Positions 60,752-64,000 of a stretch of 64,000 nucleotides of DNA are shown here, piece after piece. The notes under the pieces are model-generated. The model ran no database searches and had not been told where the DNA came from. It saw only the letters and a list, made by a program, of their open reading frames with translations. This DNA comes from Promethearchaeota archaeon (GTDB taxonomy: Archaea > Asgardarchaeota > Thorarchaeia > Thorarchaeales > Thorarchaeaceae): positions 256,001 through 320,000 of the forward strand of contig WJMJ01000059.1 of NCBI GenBank assembly GCA_014728035.1, in the 5' to 3' direction. The translations under genes were made by a program, and so were the position numbers. Each line of letters begins with the position of its first letter. The first letter of the stretch is position 1.

Positions 60752-61780
60752 CTAGGATAGGTTCTCTATAATTATATGACTTCCATCATTACTTCTTTCA
60801 AATCTAAGAATTTGAATTGTTTTCTCAATTTGGATAATCATACACTTTTGGATAGCTCTTCTTAAGAGAGAACGGAATACTCCCTCAACATTGTTCAACA
60901 AAGTAGAGAAAAATACAGGAGCCATTGAGGAGAATTCTTTCCCTTTCTTGTGGGTTAGTTGTCCATTTTTACTAAGTATTGCCTTACTGACGACATGTGT
61001 ATCATCTATTTTTTCCATGTTTGCTTCAGTATCATCCAAATAACAGATTTCAGCTGTTACTTTGACAAGGTCTTTTGGTGAAATTCGGATTGCACCTGTA
61101 GCAACTCCCAGCAATTTCCCATTATGGCATATAGTTGCGGAATAATTCGGTGATTGCATTATAAGATACTCATATGATTCCATAATCTCTAATTTTGAAA
61201 TTGCACGCATTATTGTTGAATGTGCCAATAGAACTTCTCGTACCTGCTCTGGCTTGAAGAGTGGCTTGGGGCGAGCAAATCTGGCAAGAGTCTTTTTTTC
61301 TTCAATATCTACGACAAAGGCAAGAGGAACATCAGTACGACTAGATAGCACATTTTCCATATATTCTCCTATAATTTCGCTTCCAAAGAATTGGCTTGCC
61401 AGTCGAGCTATCTTATTACTGATACGTTCTTGCTCGTCTTTTTTCATTACTTCTCCTTGTCCCTCTGGGATATTTGCGTGCTGAAGAATATCTTGTATCT
61501 TCTCAAGTATGCGGGAAGCTAATTTTCCTGAAGTTTGTTTTTCGAAGACCCCTACTACTACCGCTTTTCCTTCATGGCATGGAATGAATTGGAAAAACTC
61601 GCTTTCCGTTGAGAATGATTGTAATGCGTCAGACCTTGTCTGTTCACTGAAATCTCGAATCGCGCTCATTAACCCTGATGAAAGGACTGCTTGGTCACTA
61701 TTACTTGTTTCCGTATCGATATCATAATGATAAATGAGCATTCCGTCTTCAATGAGATAGACTTCTTTTAGCATAGCCAT
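60752..61780 (-). CDS. Longin domain protein with two further longin/roadblock-like domains
   Basis: N-terminal VYLI.DG.LIY...D..L.SGLMSAI..F, the Asgard longin signature. Confidence 0.75.
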   Translation of the reverse strand: MAMLKEVYLIEDGMLIYHYDIDTETSNSDQAVLSSGLMSAIRDFSEQTRSDALQSFSTESEFFQFIPCHEGKAVVVGVFEKQTSGKLASRILEKIQDILQHANIPEGQGEVMKKDEQERISNKIARLASQFFGSEIIGEYMENVLSSRTDVPLAFVVDIEEKKTLARFARPKPLFKPEQVREVLLAHSTIMRAISKLEIMESYEYLIMQSPNYSATICHNGKLLGVATGAIRISPKDLVKVTAEICYLDDTEANMEKIDDTHVVSKAILSKNGQLTHKKGKEFSSMAPVFFSTLLNNVEGVFRSLLRRAIQKCMIIQIEKTIQILRFERSNDGSHIIIENLS

Positions 61781-61887
61781 ACTTCCAAATTTGTTCTGAT
61801 TATGGTATGAATTCAACTATTGTAGAGATTGCTGATGACGTTATATTATTTACCAAAATTTCATACCTCTAAGTGGGAGATTAATAT

Positions 61888-62385
61888 ATGGAACATCATA
61901 CATTCATAAAATTGATTGCAGCAGAAACAAAAACTTGGCGAGATATGGAATTAACCTTGATGGAGAAAGAAGGTTGGATAGATTTATCATATCGTCCTCG
62001 AAACAACATGTCTTCTCTTGGTTGGGTCCTAGCTCATCAAGCTATGGTGCTTGATTATACTCTTAACACACTCATTCTTGGAGATAAGCCAGTTAATCCT
62101 GAGATATTCTCAAAATATCGTCCAGGAACGGATGGCAGCTGGGATGGTATATCCCTTAAAGATATTCTTGAACTGTATGACTCTCTCGAAACAAATTTCT
62201 TGGAATGGGCTAAGTCTGCTACAGTCCAAGATTTTTCAAGAGTGGTTTCCGGTGATTCTATCCCCTCCTTCTTTTGTGGAAAGACTGTTCTTGAGATTAT
62301 CCTAAGCACATTCACACATCTTGATTATCATACTGGGCATCTTAGTGCAATTAGAAAAGATTGGCTATCAACAAGGACCTCGTAG
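61888..62385 (+). CDS. DinB/YfiT family protein
   Basis: S.GW.LAH ... H..YH.G motifs. Confidence 0.88.
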   Translation: MEHHTFIKLIAAETKTWRDMELTLMEKEGWIDLSYRPRNNMSSLGWVLAHQAMVLDYTLNTLILGDKPVNPEIFSKYRPGTDGSWDGISLKDILELYDSLETNFLEWAKSATVQDFSRVVSGDSIPSFFCGKTVLEIILSTFTHLDYHTGHLSAIRKDWLSTRTS

Positions 62386-62537
62386 TATTCTTTAATCATG
62401 ACCTGTTGATGCAAATCTAATTCGTCTATACATATCCGAATAGAGTTAATATTTGTAAGTTATTTAATATCTGATAACAGAAAATTACATGAAAACTGGG
62501 GACCTGTAATTTTACTCTGCAGAAATGGTGAAATTAG

Positions 62538-63896
62538 TTGGAAATAGATTTTGTATTAATCATAGGTTTGGCGCTTGTATTGGCGTTTGTTGGTGCTTTG
62601 AGTCTGAAACGTCTAGGTGTGCCACAGATTGTGGGATTTATGTTGGCTGGACTTGTCTTAGGCCAAATTGGATTAATGAATGAAGCAGTTCTTCTTGATC
62701 TGAATTTTTTGGTTTCAATTGCGTTAGGACTCATTGGTTATAATATCGGGCTTGAGATGGAACTGAAGGCATTCAAAGGGAAAATTACGAAGTGGATTAT
62801 TATTGTTCTTATTTCAGCCATTTCTGCATTCGCTCTTGTGACACTCCTTGTTCATACAATTACCGGAAATATTGTACTTGCTCTTATTTTAGGTGGACTT
62901 GCGAGTGCTACCGCTCCAGCAGCAACAGCTGATGTAATCTGGGAAAATCAATGTGAGGGGCCTGTATCTGAAACCCTGATGTTTGTTCTTGCTTTCGACG
63001 ATATAATTGCTGTAGTACTTACAGGTGCAACTATCGCATTTGGTCTATGGGTATTCGCTCCAGCAATCTATCCTTTTGCATCAGTTATCATTAATCCTTT
63101 AATTGAAATCATATTTTCTACTGCATTTGGATTATTCTTTGGACTGATATTTATTCAAGCGGTAAACCGTTTCAAGGATCGCGGTCGACTTTTGGAGATG
63201 GAATTAGGCATGATTTTTCTTCTAGTTGGGTTGGCTAACACATTTCATTTCAGTGACATCTTTGTCTGTATTGTGTATGGGTTCATGGTTGGTAATTTCG
63301 TTAAGCGTGATACAGAGCAACTACCTCATTTATTGAAGCGAATTATGTCGCCAATTGTAATGATATTTTTCGTGATAGTTGGTGCCAAAATTGAAATTGA
63401 GTTATTCTTGGGCGAAACTGGACCATTTGTATTCATATTGGCTCTAACATACATCGTTGGTATGGTATCTGCCAAATATACTGGGACTTTTGTTGGATCA
63501 ACAATAACTGGAAGTCCTGATACAGTTAGAAAATATTTGGGAGCTTGTCTATTTTGTCAGGCGGGTGTAGCACTGGGGCTTGGATTCATAATTGAAGAAA
63601 CCTTCTTAGAAATTGGTGGTGAAGCAGCTGTGATTGGCAGTTTGATTCTAAGTGTTGTTGGAGTTGCCACTATGATTCTTGAGATGATTGGCCCCATTTC
63701 AGTAAAGTGGGCATTAGGAAAAGCTGGTGAGATTCCAATTCACGGAGAACTATTCACACCTCATGACTACATCTTTGATGAGCGAGAAATATTTGATGAA
63801 CTAGCTACACTCTATGAGATGGATGATGAGGAATCCTCAACAGATGATGTCTTTGATGAACTCGGAGCTCTCTATGAAATGGGCGAAGAGGAGTGA
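62538..63896 (+). CDS. Cation:proton antiporter (CPA2), paralogue of 57350-58747
   Basis: Same motifs (VPQIVGF, ATAPA, AFDD, MSP.VMIFFV.VGA, QAGVA.GL). Confidence 0.92.
   Translation: MEIDFVLIIGLALVLAFVGALSLKRLGVPQIVGFMLAGLVLGQIGLMNEAVLLDLNFLVSIALGLIGYNIGLEMELKAFKGKITKWIIIVLISAISAFALVTLLVHTITGNIVLALILGGLASATAPAATADVIWENQCEGPVSETLMFVLAFDDIIAVVLTGATIAFGLWVFAPAIYPFASVIINPLIEIIFSTAFGLFFGLIFIQAVNRFKDRGRLLEMELGMIFLLVGLANTFHFSDIFVCIVYGFMVGNFVKRDTEQLPHLLKRIMSPIVMIFFVIVGAKIEIELFLGETGPFVFILALTYIVGMVSAKYTGTFVGSTITGSPDTVRKYLGACLFCQAGVALGLGFIIEETFLEIGGEAAVIGSLILSVVGVATMILEMIGPISVKWALGKAGEIPIHGELFTPHDYIFDEREIFDELATLYEMDDEESSTDDVFDELGALYEMGEEE
63792..63893 (+). repeat. 60-bp-period tandem duplication encoding FDEL..LYEM..EE twice
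   Basis: tttgatgaact....ctctatga.atgg at 63792 and 63852. Confidence 0.85.
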
Positions 63897-63903
63897 AATC
63901 AAG

Positions 63904-63931
63904 AAGAGGTCATTAGACCTCTTTTCCTTTT
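63904..63931 (+). terminator. Terminator after the antiporter gene
   Basis: aagaggtc-atta-gacctctt hairpin followed by a T tract. Confidence 0.7.
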
Positions 63932-64000
63932 AATTTCAGGAATTCTCGGATATGAACTTCTATCTCTTTTTGTAGCTCTGTTAATTCATCTTTGAGATGA

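Noticed and set aside
1-64000. The many 60-190 aa ORFs antisense to or nested within long genes
   Set aside because: They are shadow ORFs of well-supported CDS, with no recognisable motifs.
1-64000. tRNA/rRNA genes
   Set aside because: No cloverleaf, T-loop motif or GC-rich structural RNA tract was recognised in the intergenic gaps by eye; a covariance-model scan would be needed to exclude them fully.

Overview
Gene-dense, AT-rich archaeal chromosome segment, almost certainly from an Asgard archaeon and most like Thorarchaeia. The evidence is two tandem profilins, a Ras-like small GTPase, longin/roadblock domains, TPR proteins, an archaeal uS19, a histone fold, GGTGA/GGAGGT Shine-Dalgarno sites and TATA boxes. 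About 60 CDS are present: a pseudo-transglutaminase/Ig-repeat surface protein heading a DUF4129-DUF4350-MoxR-DUF58 operon, an OPT transporter, a Cys-rich ABC/NosL-like metal cluster, a secreted caspase-like protease, ETF, PMM/PGM, a heterodimeric ABC exporter, Nth and two CPA2 antiporters. I recognised no rRNA, tRNA, CRISPR array or mobile element. The most notable unannotated signal is at 17.98-18.44 kb: an operon of 2-3 translationally coupled micro-ORFs, two of them apparent paralogues ending in Y-x-Y-R, with three GTTTG-N5-CAAAC palindromes in the promoter shared with a divergent ArsR-type regulator. Other leads are an operon pairing a tri-domain longin/roadblock protein with an internally duplicated V4R/Bet3-like protein (TRAPP- or Mon1-Ccz1-like), a DPM2-like protein beside phosphomannomutase, and the tandem profilins. 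All family calls come from motif recognition by eye; no searches were run.
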